Shown here piece by piece: positions 1-9,719 of a DNA stretch of 64,000 nt. The DNA lies in NCBI GenBank assembly GCA_039815185.1, contig JBCBZT010000001.1, positions 192,001 to 256,000 on the forward strand, given 5' to 3'. The stretch's first letter is position 1; each line of letters begins with the position of its first letter. The translations under genes were made by a program, and so were the position numbers. This DNA comes from Cyanobacteria bacterium P01_A01_bin.123 (GTDB lineage Bacteria > Cyanobacteriota > Cyanobacteriia > Phormidesmidales > Phormidesmidaceae). A model generated the notes under the pieces. It was given only the letters and a program-made list of their open reading frames with translations. It did not search any database and had not been told where the DNA came from.

Positions 1-80
1 ACCACTCTGCTGCCCGCGCTACAACTAGCAAGTCAGGTCAACGGTGACTTGTTTTAAAGCGGTGACTTGTCTTAATCGGA

Positions 81-1142
81 CTAGCCTTTAACAGCTTCCA
101 GCTTTTCGTTTAGCTCATCAAGCTTTTGCTGCTTGTCAGCATCACTGAGGTTGGTATCATTTTGCACTTCTAAGATGTCTTTTGCAATTTGCAGCTCGCG
201 AATAGTATTCCAATCTTCATCGGTTGCTGGATCCAACCCTGTCCACTGGAGACCTGTCAGGATTTCTTCATTGTCGTAGTTGAAAAAGAATTCCTGGATC
301 GAAGTCTTGAGACACTCAGGCAAGTCACTACGATAGGCTAGAGGGTCACTGGGGATAACTGGCGAAGTCCAAATAATCTGGATTTTTTCCAAAGCTTCGG
401 GGGCTGTTTCCTTGAGTCGATCCAGGTTTTCGCTGTTGTTGGTGGCAACATCCACCTGGTTTTCAGAGACGGCCAAAGCTGTGGCTTCGTGGCTACCCGC
501 AAACACTAATTCGCTGAAGATTTGCTCTGGATTAGCACCTTGCTCGGCAAAAACGTAATAGCTGGGGACTAAAAATCCTGAGGTGGAGTTGGGGTCGTTG
601 AACGCAAAAGTCAGGTCACTAGCGTTCTCTACGATGTATTGATCACCATCACCCGCGTCTAGATCAACTTCGCCGGCAATGGAATTCTCGACGTTAGTGA
701 TCAAGTGAGAGTAGTAGCCCTTAGTGCCGTCCAACGCGACGGTTTGTGCAAAGGCTTCAGCACTGGAGCGCTCAGCGGCTTCAATGTAAGACTTACCCCC
801 ATACCAGGCGACCTGCACCTTCCCGGCTCCCATGCCTTCAATGACCCCTGCATAATCAGTGGCATAAAACCCGACTACAGGACGGCCTACGGCCTCAGAC
901 ATATCGGTTAATAAGGGCTCCCATAACGGCTTGAGGTTGTCTTGAGATTCGGTAGAGATAATGCCAAACTCAATCTCTGCGATTTCAGGGGCACACATTT
1001 CGCCTCCCGTAGTCTCAGTGCCATCGGTCGCGTCTGTGCTAGCCGTATCCTCAGGCGCGCTACTGCAAGCAGCTAGGGTGCTAATGGTTAGAGCAGAGAC
1101 TGCGAGTAATGAGGATAAACGACGCCAAGGGGTAATCGACAT
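81..1142 (-). CDS. phnD: Phosphonate ABC transporter substrate-binding lipoprotein
   Basis: Lipobox LAAC; motifs FGIISTES, DPNSTSGFLVP, FAGSHEATALAV; downstream of phnC. Confidence 0.95.
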   Translation of the reverse strand: MSITPWRRLSSLLAVSALTISTLAACSSAPEDTASTDATDGTETTGGEMCAPEIAEIEFGIISTESQDNLKPLWEPLLTDMSEAVGRPVVGFYATDYAGVIEGMGAGKVQVAWYGGKSYIEAAERSSAEAFAQTVALDGTKGYYSHLITNVENSIAGEVDLDAGDGDQYIVENASDLTFAFNDPNSTSGFLVPSYYVFAEQGANPEQIFSELVFAGSHEATALAVSENQVDVATNNSENLDRLKETAPEALEKIQIIWTSPVIPSDPLAYRSDLPECLKTSIQEFFFNYDNEEILTGLQWTGLDPATDEDWNTIRELQIAKDILEVQNDTNLSDADKQQKLDELNEKLEAVKG

Positions 1143-1220
1143 AATTTTGTTCCTTTTAGTTAAATCTGAGTTTTGGTTGTCACTGATCCTGTGTGCAGGA
1201 GAACCCTTGATGCTGGGCGG

Positions 1221-2054
1221 CTAGCTGGCAAATACCTCACTGTGCCCCCTCATCACCAATTCTTCGGCGGCTGAGCCATAAATACTAGAGAGACGAGCTT
1301 CGTCCAACTCAGCTGTGTAACCGTCAAAACAAACTTCACCGTGGCGCAGCGCCACGGAGCGCTCAAAGTAGCGCTGTACCACCTGCACCTGATGCAGCGA
1401 GGTAATCACCGTAATCCCTTGCTCCTGATTCAGACTGGTCAGCAATTCCATGACCTTACGGGCAGAGTCAGGATCGAGGGAGGCAATGGGTTCATCGGCC
1501 AGAATGATTTTGGCACCTTGCATGAGACAGCGGGCGATCGCGACTCGTTGCTGCTGCCCTCCAGATAGGGAGGAAGCCCGCTGATAAGCCTGCTCTAAGA
1601 TACCGACCCGCTCTAGCGCCGACAGTGCCCGTAGCTTTTCCTCTCGGGTAAAGGCATGGATCAGCGATCGCCAGATGGGCACTTGAGATAAATTCCCCAC
1701 CAGTACATTTTCTAAAGCCGTCAGTCGGTTCACCAAGTTGAACTGCTGAAAAATGAACCCCATTTGGCTACGCAGTTGACGAACCTTAGAGTGAAACTTG
1801 CCATCAATCTGCAGTGGGCTCCCCAAGATTTCCACCGTGCCCTGGTCAGCTTGCTGCAACCCATTGAGGGTGCGTAACAAGGTCGATTTGCCAGATCCTG
1901 AAGCCCCTACAAGGGCAACCCTTTCACCGATCTCAACTTGAAGGCTGACGTCCCGGAGGGCGTGCTGCCCTTTGAAGCGCTTTGACAGGTGGTCAACGCT
2001 AACTGCGGGCTGTTGTGGGGATGCATCTGAAGCAGTCCTGGTTGCCAATTGCAT
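1221..2054 (-). CDS. phnC: Phosphonate ABC transporter ATP-binding protein
   Basis: Walker A GASGSGKS, FQQFNLVNRL, LSGGQQQRVAIAR, ILADEPIASLDP. Confidence 0.95.
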   Translation of the reverse strand: MQLATRTASDASPQQPAVSVDHLSKRFKGQHALRDVSLQVEIGERVALVGASGSGKSTLLRTLNGLQQADQGTVEILGSPLQIDGKFHSKVRQLRSQMGFIFQQFNLVNRLTALENVLVGNLSQVPIWRSLIHAFTREEKLRALSALERVGILEQAYQRASSLSGGQQQRVAIARCLMQGAKIILADEPIASLDPDSARKVMELLTSLNQEQGITVITSLHQVQVVQRYFERSVALRHGEVCFDGYTAELDEARLSSIYGSAAEELVMRGHSEVFAS

Positions 2055-2127
2055 TGCCTATCCTGAGTTCACTTAAACAACAATGCTAGCCACTCTATGT
2101 TTGACAAATCTAGATATCTAAGAGTCA

Positions 2128-2141
2128 TAGACGTCTAGACA
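2128..2141. promoter_or_regulatory. Putative PhnF (GntR/HutC) operator upstream of phnC
   Basis: TAGACGTCTAGACA; its reverse complement matches TGTCTAGACGTCTG at 3194-3207 in 13/14 nt; GTCTAGAC palindromic core. Confidence 0.65.
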
Positions 2142-2181
2142 TAACTAGTCATCAATAACCACCAAATATTCTCGGTGAATA

Positions 2182-2211
2182 TGCTTAAGAGTTAACCCCA
2201 CAAAGGTTAAG
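2182..2211 (-). promoter_or_regulatory. Putative Pho box (SphR/PhoB) upstream of phnC
   Basis: Minus-strand CTTAACCT and CTTAAGCA 22 nt apart, resembling cyanobacterial PyTTAAPyPy(T/A) repeats with 11-nt period. Confidence 0.5.
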
Positions 2212-2371
2212 GGGGAATAGAATTCTGTTTAAAGTTTCAGTTTCAGGAACGCGGCAGTCAAAACCGCCATTGAATCGGCAAACCCTGCCCCACAGGTTGC
2301 CCAAAACAATACTATTCACAGTCCGCGCAGAGGGGCCATAGTCCTTTAGAGACAGCTGAGTCTTGCAACCC

Positions 2372-3091
2372 TTAAGTTTCGTTATCCATCACCAACTCCA
2401 TGCGATCGCCCCGGAAGCGCGTAACCCCATATTCAATTACCTCGTTGGTTTGATCAACGTTAATCGACTCGGAAAGCAAGATCGGGTTAGTGGCTGGCAT
2501 TCTTAGGAAACGAGCATCTCTAGGACGGGCGATGCGAGCCGAAAGGCGTGTATGGCGACGAATGTGGTCACGTCCATATTCGTTCTGTAACATGGTCGAA
2601 ATCGAGCGATAAGTTTCACAATGAGTCGCTAATCCGGGAAACCGTCGCCCGGGGAAATGACTAGTGGCGATATTGATCGGGATTTCATCGGTTAGACAGA
2701 GCCGTTCATACAACACCACCGGATCCCCGATGGGAATTTCAAGGTGTTTTGACAATTTAGAATCAGCGTTGAGTTCAACAATCCGCAGTACCTGCCATTG
2801 AGGCTTGAGGGAGTGGGCCTTAAGGACTTCGTTATAACGCACGCGTTTGCCAATTGGGAAAGTGATCGGAGCGGCTACTACAAAGGTGCCTCGACCCCTC
2901 TCAACATCAACAATACCTTCCTGCCGCAAGACCTCTACTGCCCGCCGTAGGGTATGACGATGCACACCAAACCGTTCACTTAACTCAATTTCTGTGGGCA
3001 GCCGGTCGCCCACCTTAAAGACCGATTCTTGGATATTCTGTCGTAATTCGCTAGCTATTTGGAGGTAAAGTGGCGAGGCATCTTGGTGCAT
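2372..3091 (-). CDS. phnF: Phosphonate metabolism transcriptional regulator (GntR HTH + UTRA)
   Basis: PLYLQIA...LPTEIELSERFGVHRHTLRRA HTH; C-terminal TRFRGDR; ATG at 3091 preferred to the longer ORF start at 3139. Confidence 0.93.
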   Translation of the reverse strand: MHQDASPLYLQIASELRQNIQESVFKVGDRLPTEIELSERFGVHRHTLRRAVEVLRQEGIVDVERGRGTFVVAAPITFPIGKRVRYNEVLKAHSLKPQWQVLRIVELNADSKLSKHLEIPIGDPVVLYERLCLTDEIPINIATSHFPGRRFPGLATHCETYRSISTMLQNEYGRDHIRRHTRLSARIARPRDARFLRMPATNPILLSESINVDQTNEVIEYGVTRFRGDRMELVMDNET

Positions 3092-3193
3092 ATTCAATCT
3101 GGCACATTCAATCACAAGTGAATACAACTCCATCGGCAAAGTATAGCGGTTGCCAAGAGAGGGTTGCGAATTAAATTGAAACGTTCAATAATT

Positions 3194-3207
3194 TGTCTAG
3201 ACGTCTG
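3194..3207. promoter_or_regulatory. Putative PhnF operator in the phnF/phnG divergent region
   Basis: TGTCTAGACGTCTG, near-identical inverted copy of 2128-2141. Confidence 0.65.
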
Positions 3208-3211
3208 TATA

Positions 3212-3243
3212 TTATTAATATTTAGTTAATCTTGGGTTAAGCC
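3212..3243. promoter_or_regulatory. Putative Pho box with three TTAA repeats at 11-nt period
   Basis: ATTAATAT-tta-GTTAATCT-tgg-GTTAAGCC; minus strand reads CTTAACCC-aag-ATTAACTA-aat-ATTAATAA. Confidence 0.55.
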
Positions 3244-3246
3244 ACG

Positions 3247-3711
3247 ATGAACTCAGCGCAACCACAGTCAAGACCAGTCTGGATAGCGACATTGGCTAAA
3301 GCTCCTCTGGTTCTTTTAGAGCAAAACGTTTCGGCTTTAGAGCCTGTGCCTGACTACGAATTTTTGCGATCGCCGGAAATCGGTTTAGCCATGGTGCGAG
3401 GGCGTGCTGAGGGAACTGGTGAACCGTTTAATCTGGGAGAGATGACATTAACGCGTTGTGTGGTGAAGCTTTCTGCGCCGACGAGTGACCCCATTGCTGG
3501 ATTCGGGTATGTGGCTGGGCGATCGCAACGACATGCCGAGTTAGCAGCACTTTGTGATGCCCTACTGCAACACCCTGATTGGCAGCATGCTGTTCAAACC
3601 CAGGTGATTGAGCCACTACAAGCAGCAGCCCAGGAAAAACAGACGCTGGCAACAGCTCAGGTGGAATCAACTCGTGTGAACTTCTTCACATTGCTGCGAG
3701 GAGAAGGCTAA
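3247..3711 (+). CDS. phnG: C-P lyase subunit PhnG
   Basis: PEIGLAMVRGR...FNLGEMTLTRC...AELAALCDALLQ...TRVNFFTLLRGE. Confidence 0.96.
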   Translation: MNSAQPQSRPVWIATLAKAPLVLLEQNVSALEPVPDYEFLRSPEIGLAMVRGRAEGTGEPFNLGEMTLTRCVVKLSAPTSDPIAGFGYVAGRSQRHAELAALCDALLQHPDWQHAVQTQVIEPLQAAAQEKQTLATAQVESTRVNFFTLLRGEG

Positions 3712-3713
3712 AC

Positions 3714-4313
3714 ATGATTACCCAACTTCCTGGCTTTAAAGATCCTGTCCACGATGCCCAGCAGACCTTTCGAGCGTTGCTGGATGCCCTGGCACGACCT
3801 GGTATTTCCCAAGCCACGGCGTCATTGACACCACCCCAGGGTCTGATTCCTGGCTGCGCTGCGGCCTGTCTAACTTTATTAGATTTAGAAACGGCAGTTT
3901 GGTTGCAACCGGGGCTATCAGAAGCGGTTCATTCATGGCTGCTGTTTCACACGGGTTGTCGATTGACTACTGATCCTCAGACGGCAGATTTTGCCTTAAT
4001 TTGGGATATCGCCACCGCACCTAGCCTAGATCAGTTTCATCAGGGCACACCTGAGTATCCAGAGACATCGACTTCTCTGCTGATGCAATTGCCAGCTTTG
4101 CATGGGGGCATCTCCATTGCGCTACAAGGGCCAGGCATCCTGAACGCTATGAGGCTTGATCTGCCTTTGACCGTAGACTTTTGGCAGCAATGGCAGGAGA
4201 TGACAGTCGGGTATCCCTTGGGAATTGATGGCTGGTGCTTTGCCGAAAATCAGGTGTTAGGCCTGCCCCGTACTGCTTGTCTCAGTCACACTGCTCAAGA
4301 GATTTTGCCATGA
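3714..4313 (+). CDS. phnH: C-P lyase subunit PhnH
   Basis: PGFKDPVHDAQQTFRALLDALARPG; LTLLDLET; GTPEYPETS; GLPRT. Confidence 0.96.
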   Translation: MITQLPGFKDPVHDAQQTFRALLDALARPGISQATASLTPPQGLIPGCAAACLTLLDLETAVWLQPGLSEAVHSWLLFHTGCRLTTDPQTADFALIWDIATAPSLDQFHQGTPEYPETSTSLLMQLPALHGGISIALQGPGILNAMRLDLPLTVDFWQQWQEMTVGYPLGIDGWCFAENQVLGLPRTACLSHTAQEILP

Positions 4314-4396
4314 CAGTCGGTGTGCGTTTTGCGAACCCATCCGAATCTATTCGGACACCACAGCTACAGCTTTCAAGTTGAGTTATAGAGGAGTCT

Positions 4397-5737
4397 ATGC
4401 CCTACGTTGCAGTCAAAGGCGGAGAACAGGCCATCCAAAACGCTGAAGCCCTGCTGAAGGCGAAACGACGTGGCGACTCCACGGTACCTGAGCTTTCTCT
4501 AGCGCAAATCAAGCAGCAGATGCAGCTGGCCGTCAATCGCGTCATGGCCGAAGGCAGCCTGTACGACCTCGATCTAGCCGCCCTAGCCATCAAGCAGTCC
4601 TGGGGAGATCTGATTGAAGCTGCATTTCTCCTACGGGCCTACCGCACCACGCTACCCCGGCTCTACTATAGCGAACCCATTGACACCACCCAAATGGCCC
4701 TCCAACGGCGGATTTCTGCCATCTTCAAAGACGCTCCTGGTGGGCAAAAACTCGGCCCTACCTTCGACTACGTTCATCGACTACTGGACTTCAAACTAAC
4801 CGCAGAAGACAATCAGTTTCCCACCCCGGTGGATGAAACAGCTACTGCTGCTGAAGTCACACCTAGAGTTTTGGAGATGTTGGCACAGGAGGGACTGGTA
4901 ACACAGGAGATGGGGAGTGGGGGAGTGGGAGAGTGGGGGAGTGGGGGAGATGGGGGGGTAGGAAGTAGCAGATCAAGAAATTCCATCACCCCGTCACCCC
5001 ATCACCCCATCACCCCATCCTCTCCCTTCGACATCACCCGCCAATCCCTCACCACTCCCACCCGTCGAGATGCTCGTTTGCAAAATCTGGCCCGTGCGGA
5101 TGAAGGCTTTTTACTCTCAATGGCCTACTCCACCCAACGGGGTTATGGTACAAACCATCCTTTTGCAGGGGAGATTCGTATGGGTGATGTAGAGGTGGTG
5201 ATTTGTCCAGAAGAGTTGGGATTTGAAGTCGCGATCGCTGACATCACCATTACCGAAGTGCAGATGGTGAACCAGTTCAAAGGCAGTAAAGAGATTCCGC
5301 CCCAGTTTACCCAGGGTTACGGGCTTACCTTGGGTTACAACGAGCGTAAGGCGATGGCCATGGCCTTGGTCGATCGGGCATTACAGGCCAAAGACCTGGG
5401 AGAATCCCTGGATGGCCCAGCCCAAGACGAAGAATTTGTGCTCTACCATTCCGACAACATCGAAGCCCAGGGATTCGTGCAACATCTGAAACTACCCCAC
5501 TATATCGATTTCCAGGCAGAGCTAAACCTGGTACGAAAACTGCGCCAAGACTACGAGCAGGCCAAAGCTGAACGAGCCCAATCCATAAAGCTGGATCAAT
5601 CAGCCAAGTCCCCCGCCGCCACTGCTCCCTCTGCCTCCCTTGCCCCCGCCGTCGCCCCCACTCCCTCGTCGCCCCACCCCACAAAAACCGCTACCCCGTA
5701 CAGACGCGTTCGCGAAGCGTATCCACAGGATTCTTAA
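4397..5737 (+). CDS. phnI: C-P lyase complex subunit PhnI, with repeat-derived insertion and C-terminal tail
   Basis: YVAVKGGEQAI, LLRAYRTTLPR, YSTQRGYG, GFVQHLKLPHYIDFQAEL. Confidence 0.96.
   Translation: MPYVAVKGGEQAIQNAEALLKAKRRGDSTVPELSLAQIKQQMQLAVNRVMAEGSLYDLDLAALAIKQSWGDLIEAAFLLRAYRTTLPRLYYSEPIDTTQMALQRRISAIFKDAPGGQKLGPTFDYVHRLLDFKLTAEDNQFPTPVDETATAAEVTPRVLEMLAQEGLVTQEMGSGGVGEWGSGGDGGVGSSRSRNSITPSPHHPITPSSPFDITRQSLTTPTRRDARLQNLARADEGFLLSMAYSTQRGYGTNHPFAGEIRMGDVEVVICPEELGFEVAIADITITEVQMVNQFKGSKEIPPQFTQGYGLTLGYNERKAMAMALVDRALQAKDLGESLDGPAQDEEFVLYHSDNIEAQGFVQHLKLPHYIDFQAELNLVRKLRQDYEQAKAERAQSIKLDQSAKSPAATAPSASLAPAVAPTPSSPHPTKTATPYRRVREAYPQDS
4910..5026. repeat. G-rich/C-rich short tandem repeat element inserted in frame in phnI
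   Basis: (GGGAGTGG)n arm, core GATCAAGAAATTCC, (CCCCATCA)n arm; inverted copy at 9723-9776. Confidence 0.8.
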
Positions 5738-5772
5738 TCGCGTCTCTCCCTCCGTACACTCCCTCCCAACTC

Positions 5773-6678
5773 ATGTCCCCATCTCCCCATCCCCCCATCC
5801 CCCCATCCCCCCACCTTGAACCCGAACCCGGCTTTAACTTCGCCTACCTAGACGAACAAACCAAACGCTCAATTCGCCGCGCCATCCTCAAAGCCGTCGC
5901 CATCCCTGGTCATCAAATCCCTTTTAGCTCACGCGAAATGCCGATGTCCTACGGCTGGGGCACAGGTGGTATTCAGGTTACAGCCGCCGTTATCGGCAAA
6001 GACGACATCCTCAAAGTCATTGACCAAGGGGCTGACGACACCACCAATGCCGTCAATATTCGCCGCTTTTTCAAGAAAGTGTGCGGCGTTACCACCACGG
6101 AACAAACCGAAGCAGCAACGCTGATTCAAACCCGCCACCGGATTCCAGAAACACCGCTCCAAGCAGGGCAAATCATGGTCTATCAAGTCCCCATGCCAGA
6201 ACCGTTGTATTTCATTGAACCCTCTCGCACTGAAGCTAACAAGATGCATGCCCTAGAGGAATATGGCCCGATGTATGTGCGGCTGTACGAAGACATCACT
6301 CGCTTTGGCCACATTGCCGTGGCTTATGACTACCCGGTAATGGTCAATGATCGCTACCTAATGAAACCCAGCCCCATCCCTCGCTTCGACAATCCCAAAC
6401 TAAACATGAATCCTGCCCTGCAGATCTTCGGAGCGGGCCGAGAAAAACGCATCTACGCCGTGCCACCCTACACCAAGGTCAAAAGTCTGGATTTTGAAGA
6501 TCATCCATTTTCTGTTGAAACCTGGGATCAGCCTTGCGAATTTTGTGGCGCAACGGATAGCTATCTCGATGAGGTCGTAATTGATGATGAAGGCAACCGC
6601 CTATGGATTTGTTCAGACACAGACTATTGCAATCAGCGGCAGTATGAGCAATCTCTGGCACCCCAAAAACTGGAGTGA
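5773..6678 (+). CDS. phnJ: C-P lyase radical SAM subunit PhnJ
   Basis: FAYLDEQTKR, GWGTGGIQVTA, KVIDQGADDTTNA, CEFCG...CSDTDYC Fe-S cysteines. Confidence 0.97.
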   Translation: MSPSPHPPIPPSPHLEPEPGFNFAYLDEQTKRSIRRAILKAVAIPGHQIPFSSREMPMSYGWGTGGIQVTAAVIGKDDILKVIDQGADDTTNAVNIRRFFKKVCGVTTTEQTEAATLIQTRHRIPETPLQAGQIMVYQVPMPEPLYFIEPSRTEANKMHALEEYGPMYVRLYEDITRFGHIAVAYDYPVMVNDRYLMKPSPIPRFDNPKLNMNPALQIFGAGREKRIYAVPPYTKVKSLDFEDHPFSVETWDQPCEFCGATDSYLDEVVIDDEGNRLWICSDTDYCNQRQYEQSLAPQKLE

Positions 6679-6750
6679 AACAGACAACCTTTAACCGCAA
6701 TCTACACAAACCTAAGCATAATAATGTTCTCTCGTTTTTACGGTAAGGTG

Positions 6751-7521
6751 ATGTCGCCAATATTGATAGTTGAAAAGCTTAGCAAATATTACGGTGATAT
6801 TTGTGCCTGCGATCGCGTCTCGTTTTCTCTCTATCCTGGCCAAGTCTTAGGCATCATTGGTGAGTCAGGTTCGGGCAAAACTACCCTTTTAAACGCGATC
6901 GCAGGACATCTCCCCATCGACACCGGAGAAATCACCTATTGCGATCGCGCCGATGATCTGATTAATCTCCGCACCCTACCCGAACCCCAACGACGCAAGC
7001 TGATGAAAACAGAATGGGGCTTTGTGCAGCAAAAGCCCCGCGATGGGTTGCGAATGACCGTCACCGCCGGAGCCAACATTGGCGAGCGACTGTTAGACGT
7101 GGGCCAACGCCACTACGGCAACATTCGCACCGAGGCACTCCAGTGGTTGAGCCAGGTCGAAATTCCCGACACCCGCATCGACGACTTTCCCAACACCTTT
7201 TCGGGCGGCATGCAGCAGCGGCTGCAACTGGCCCGAATTTTGGTGACGCGTCCTAGCCTAGTACTGATGGATGAACCGACGGGGGGACTAGACGTATCGG
7301 TACAGGCAAAGCTGCTGGATCTAATGCGATCGCTGGTACGCACCCTCAATCTCAGCGTCATCCTGGTCACCCACGACATTGGTGTCGTTCGCTTGCTAGC
7401 CCATCGACTCATAGTGATGCAAAACGGACAGGTGGTCGAAGCCGGGTTGACCGATCAGGTCTTGGATGATCCGCATCACCCTTATACTCAGCAACTTGTG
7501 AATGCAACCCTAGTCCCCTAA
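6751..7521 (+). CDS. phnK: C-P lyase system ATPase PhnK
   Basis: GESGSGKTT, AGANIGERL, FSGGMQQRLQLAR, GLTDQVLDDPHHPYTQ. Confidence 0.96.
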   Translation: MSPILIVEKLSKYYGDICACDRVSFSLYPGQVLGIIGESGSGKTTLLNAIAGHLPIDTGEITYCDRADDLINLRTLPEPQRRKLMKTEWGFVQQKPRDGLRMTVTAGANIGERLLDVGQRHYGNIRTEALQWLSQVEIPDTRIDDFPNTFSGGMQQRLQLARILVTRPSLVLMDEPTGGLDVSVQAKLLDLMRSLVRTLNLSVILVTHDIGVVRLLAHRLIVMQNGQVVEAGLTDQVLDDPHHPYTQQLVNATLVP

Positions 7522-7561
7522 AAAAACTGTTTCAGAATGACCTATACGCTGACGATTTACT

Positions 7562-7755
7562 ATGTCCCAACACCCCATCAACAAATTTTGCCCCCGCTCT
7601 GGCAAGCCGATTCCCTAACTATCTATCAGGGGCATACCGTGGGATTTTGCAATCCAGGCTGTCGTAATGAATTCGCCTCAAATCCTGATGCCTACCCCAG
7701 CGATCGCACCTACTTTGATACTTTGCTCAAAAAATACGAATTATCTCAGCCATGA
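7562..7755 (+). pseudogene. Frameshifted small YHS-like protein
   Basis: ATG at 7562 gives MSQHPINKFCPRSGKPIP*; a second frame continues ADSLTIYQGHTVGFCNPGCRNEF. Confidence 0.6.
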
Positions 7756-7805
7756 ATCTATCGATTTCCCATTGTGTTTAGCCTCAATTAAGTGACTCAT
7801 TTCTG

Positions 7806-8537
7806 ATGCCTTATTCGACTCTTCCAATCGATTCTCTAGCCCTGCCCCCTCAAAAGACAAAGCTTCTTCTCAAAGCAGAGAAACTCTACAAAAATTTTGT
7901 TTTACACCATCAGGGCGGCATACATCTACCTGTTTTAGAAGGGGTTTCCCTAGCTGTTGAACCCGGAGAATGTGTGGCGTTACAAGGGCCATCCGGTTCA
8001 GGCAAATCAACCTTTATGCGATCGCTTTATGCCAACTACCGCATTGACGACGGCGCGATTTGGGTCAAGCACCAAAATGAATGGGTGAACTTACCCCAGC
8101 TAGAACCACACCAATTGATTGAGGTTCGGCAACACACCCTGGGCTATGTCAGTCAGTTTTTGCGCGTTATTCCCCGTGTACCTGCCCTAGAGGTAGCCGC
8201 AGAACCCCTGATGGAATTAGGCGCTGATCTTGACACTGCCGATGCCACAATTCGCGATCTGTTTACTCGGCTCAATCTACCCGAACGCCTTTGGCATCTT
8301 TCACCCACCACATTTTCCGGGGGTGAAAAACAACGGGTCAACATCGCTCGTGCTTTTTCCGTTAACTATCCCATCCTGTTATTGGATGAACCCACATCAG
8401 CCTTAGATGCAGCTAATCGGGAGGTGGTTATACAGCTCATTGAAGAACGCAAAGCTCAGGGATGTGCCATGGTCGGCATTTTTCATGACGATGAGGTTAG
8501 AGAGCGGGTGTGTAATCGGGTCTTAATCTTTGGATGA
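7806..8537 (+). CDS. phnL: C-P lyase system ATPase PhnL
   Basis: GPSGSGKS, LYANY, GYVSQFLRVIPRV, FSGGEKQRVNIAR, GIFHD. Confidence 0.96.
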   Translation: MPYSTLPIDSLALPPQKTKLLLKAEKLYKNFVLHHQGGIHLPVLEGVSLAVEPGECVALQGPSGSGKSTFMRSLYANYRIDDGAIWVKHQNEWVNLPQLEPHQLIEVRQHTLGYVSQFLRVIPRVPALEVAAEPLMELGADLDTADATIRDLFTRLNLPERLWHLSPTTFSGGEKQRVNIARAFSVNYPILLLDEPTSALDAANREVVIQLIEERKAQGCAMVGIFHDDEVRERVCNRVLIFG

Positions 8538-8581
8538 GAGATTTAGTAGCGAATGGTGCTTGATTAATGGGGGGTGATGAT

Positions 8582-9718
8582 ATGACTGAACATATTTACA
8601 CTAACTATCGTTTGCAACTGCCTGGCCAAGAGATAATTGGCACGCTGGTTGTACGAGAAGGAAAGATTGCAGAGATTCAGCCAGGAACCGTTTCCCAGGG
8701 ACAGAACGGAGACGGTGATTATCTGATGCCAGGGTTAGTCGAACTGCATACCGATAATCTAGAGCAGCGCATGTCGCCCCGTCCCAAAGTACGCTGGCCT
8801 TTGGACGTTGCCGCTGTTTATCACGATCGGGACTTGGCAGCAGCGGGGATTACGACCGTGTGCGACGCGATCGCGATTGGTGACATCACCCCCACCTCCA
8901 TGCGCATGACACAATTTGGCCCCATGATCGACACCATTCACCAGGGGCAGATCGACGGTCGCTTCTCAGTCGATCATCGCCTGCATCTACGGTGTGAACT
9001 GGGCTACGAGCAAACCTACGACATCACCGCAGCCTACGCCACCCACCCCTTACTCACCTTGATTTCCTTGATGGATCACACACCAGGGCAGCGCCAGTTC
9101 TCCAAGGTGGACAAATACAAGGAATATTACATGGGTAAACATGGTGTCCCGGAGGCGGAGATGGAAAGCTTTATCCAAAACCGCATCACAAACCAGCAGC
9201 GCCACGCGGTGGAGAATCGCCGCAAGCTCGTGACCCTTACCCAGGATCACCAGATTTCCCTAGCCAGCCATGACGATGCCACCCCTGAGCATGTACAAGA
9301 ATCTGTGCAGGACGGTGCCGAAATCGCTGAATTCCCCACCACACTGGATGCTGCGAAAGCAGCCCATACCCAAGGGTTGCAAGTGCTGATGGGTGCACCC
9401 AATTTGATCTTAGGCAAATCTCACTCTGGCAATGTCTCCGCCATGGAGCTAGTAGACCATAAGCTGGTGGATATTATCTCCTCTGATTACGTTCCCCAAA
9501 GCCTGGTACAAGCTATGTTTTTGATTTCTGAGCAACAGCAACAACCCCTACATAAAGCCATGCGACTGTTTACTCTAAATCCGGCTAAAGCAATTGGGTT
9601 AGAAGGCGATCGCGGCAGTTTAGAAATTGGCAAACGAGCTGACCTCATTACCCTGCATCACGATGGTGTCGTTCCCCGACTGACGTCAGTTGTCTGCCAA
9701 GGGCATCGGGTTGCTTAG
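8582..9718 (+). CDS. phnM: Ribose 1-methylphosphonate 5-triphosphate diphosphatase
   Basis: PGLVELHTDNLE, MDHTPGQRQF, ASHDD, AEFP, MGAPN, SHSGN, SSDYVP. Confidence 0.95.
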   Translation: MTEHIYTNYRLQLPGQEIIGTLVVREGKIAEIQPGTVSQGQNGDGDYLMPGLVELHTDNLEQRMSPRPKVRWPLDVAAVYHDRDLAAAGITTVCDAIAIGDITPTSMRMTQFGPMIDTIHQGQIDGRFSVDHRLHLRCELGYEQTYDITAAYATHPLLTLISLMDHTPGQRQFSKVDKYKEYYMGKHGVPEAEMESFIQNRITNQQRHAVENRRKLVTLTQDHQISLASHDDATPEHVQESVQDGAEIAEFPTTLDAAKAAHTQGLQVLMGAPNLILGKSHSGNVSAMELVDHKLVDIISSDYVPQSLVQAMFLISEQQQQPLHKAMRLFTLNPAKAIGLEGDRGSLEIGKRADLITLHHDGVVPRLTSVVCQGHRVA

Positions 9719-9719
9719 G

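Noticed and set aside
42..75. CGGTGACTTGT(T/C)TTAA twice downstream of phnD
   Set aside because: Only two short copies at the window edge; no function supportable
3142..3155. TATAGCGG resembling a MITE end (also near 63645)
   Set aside because: No internal similarity and no matching opposite end
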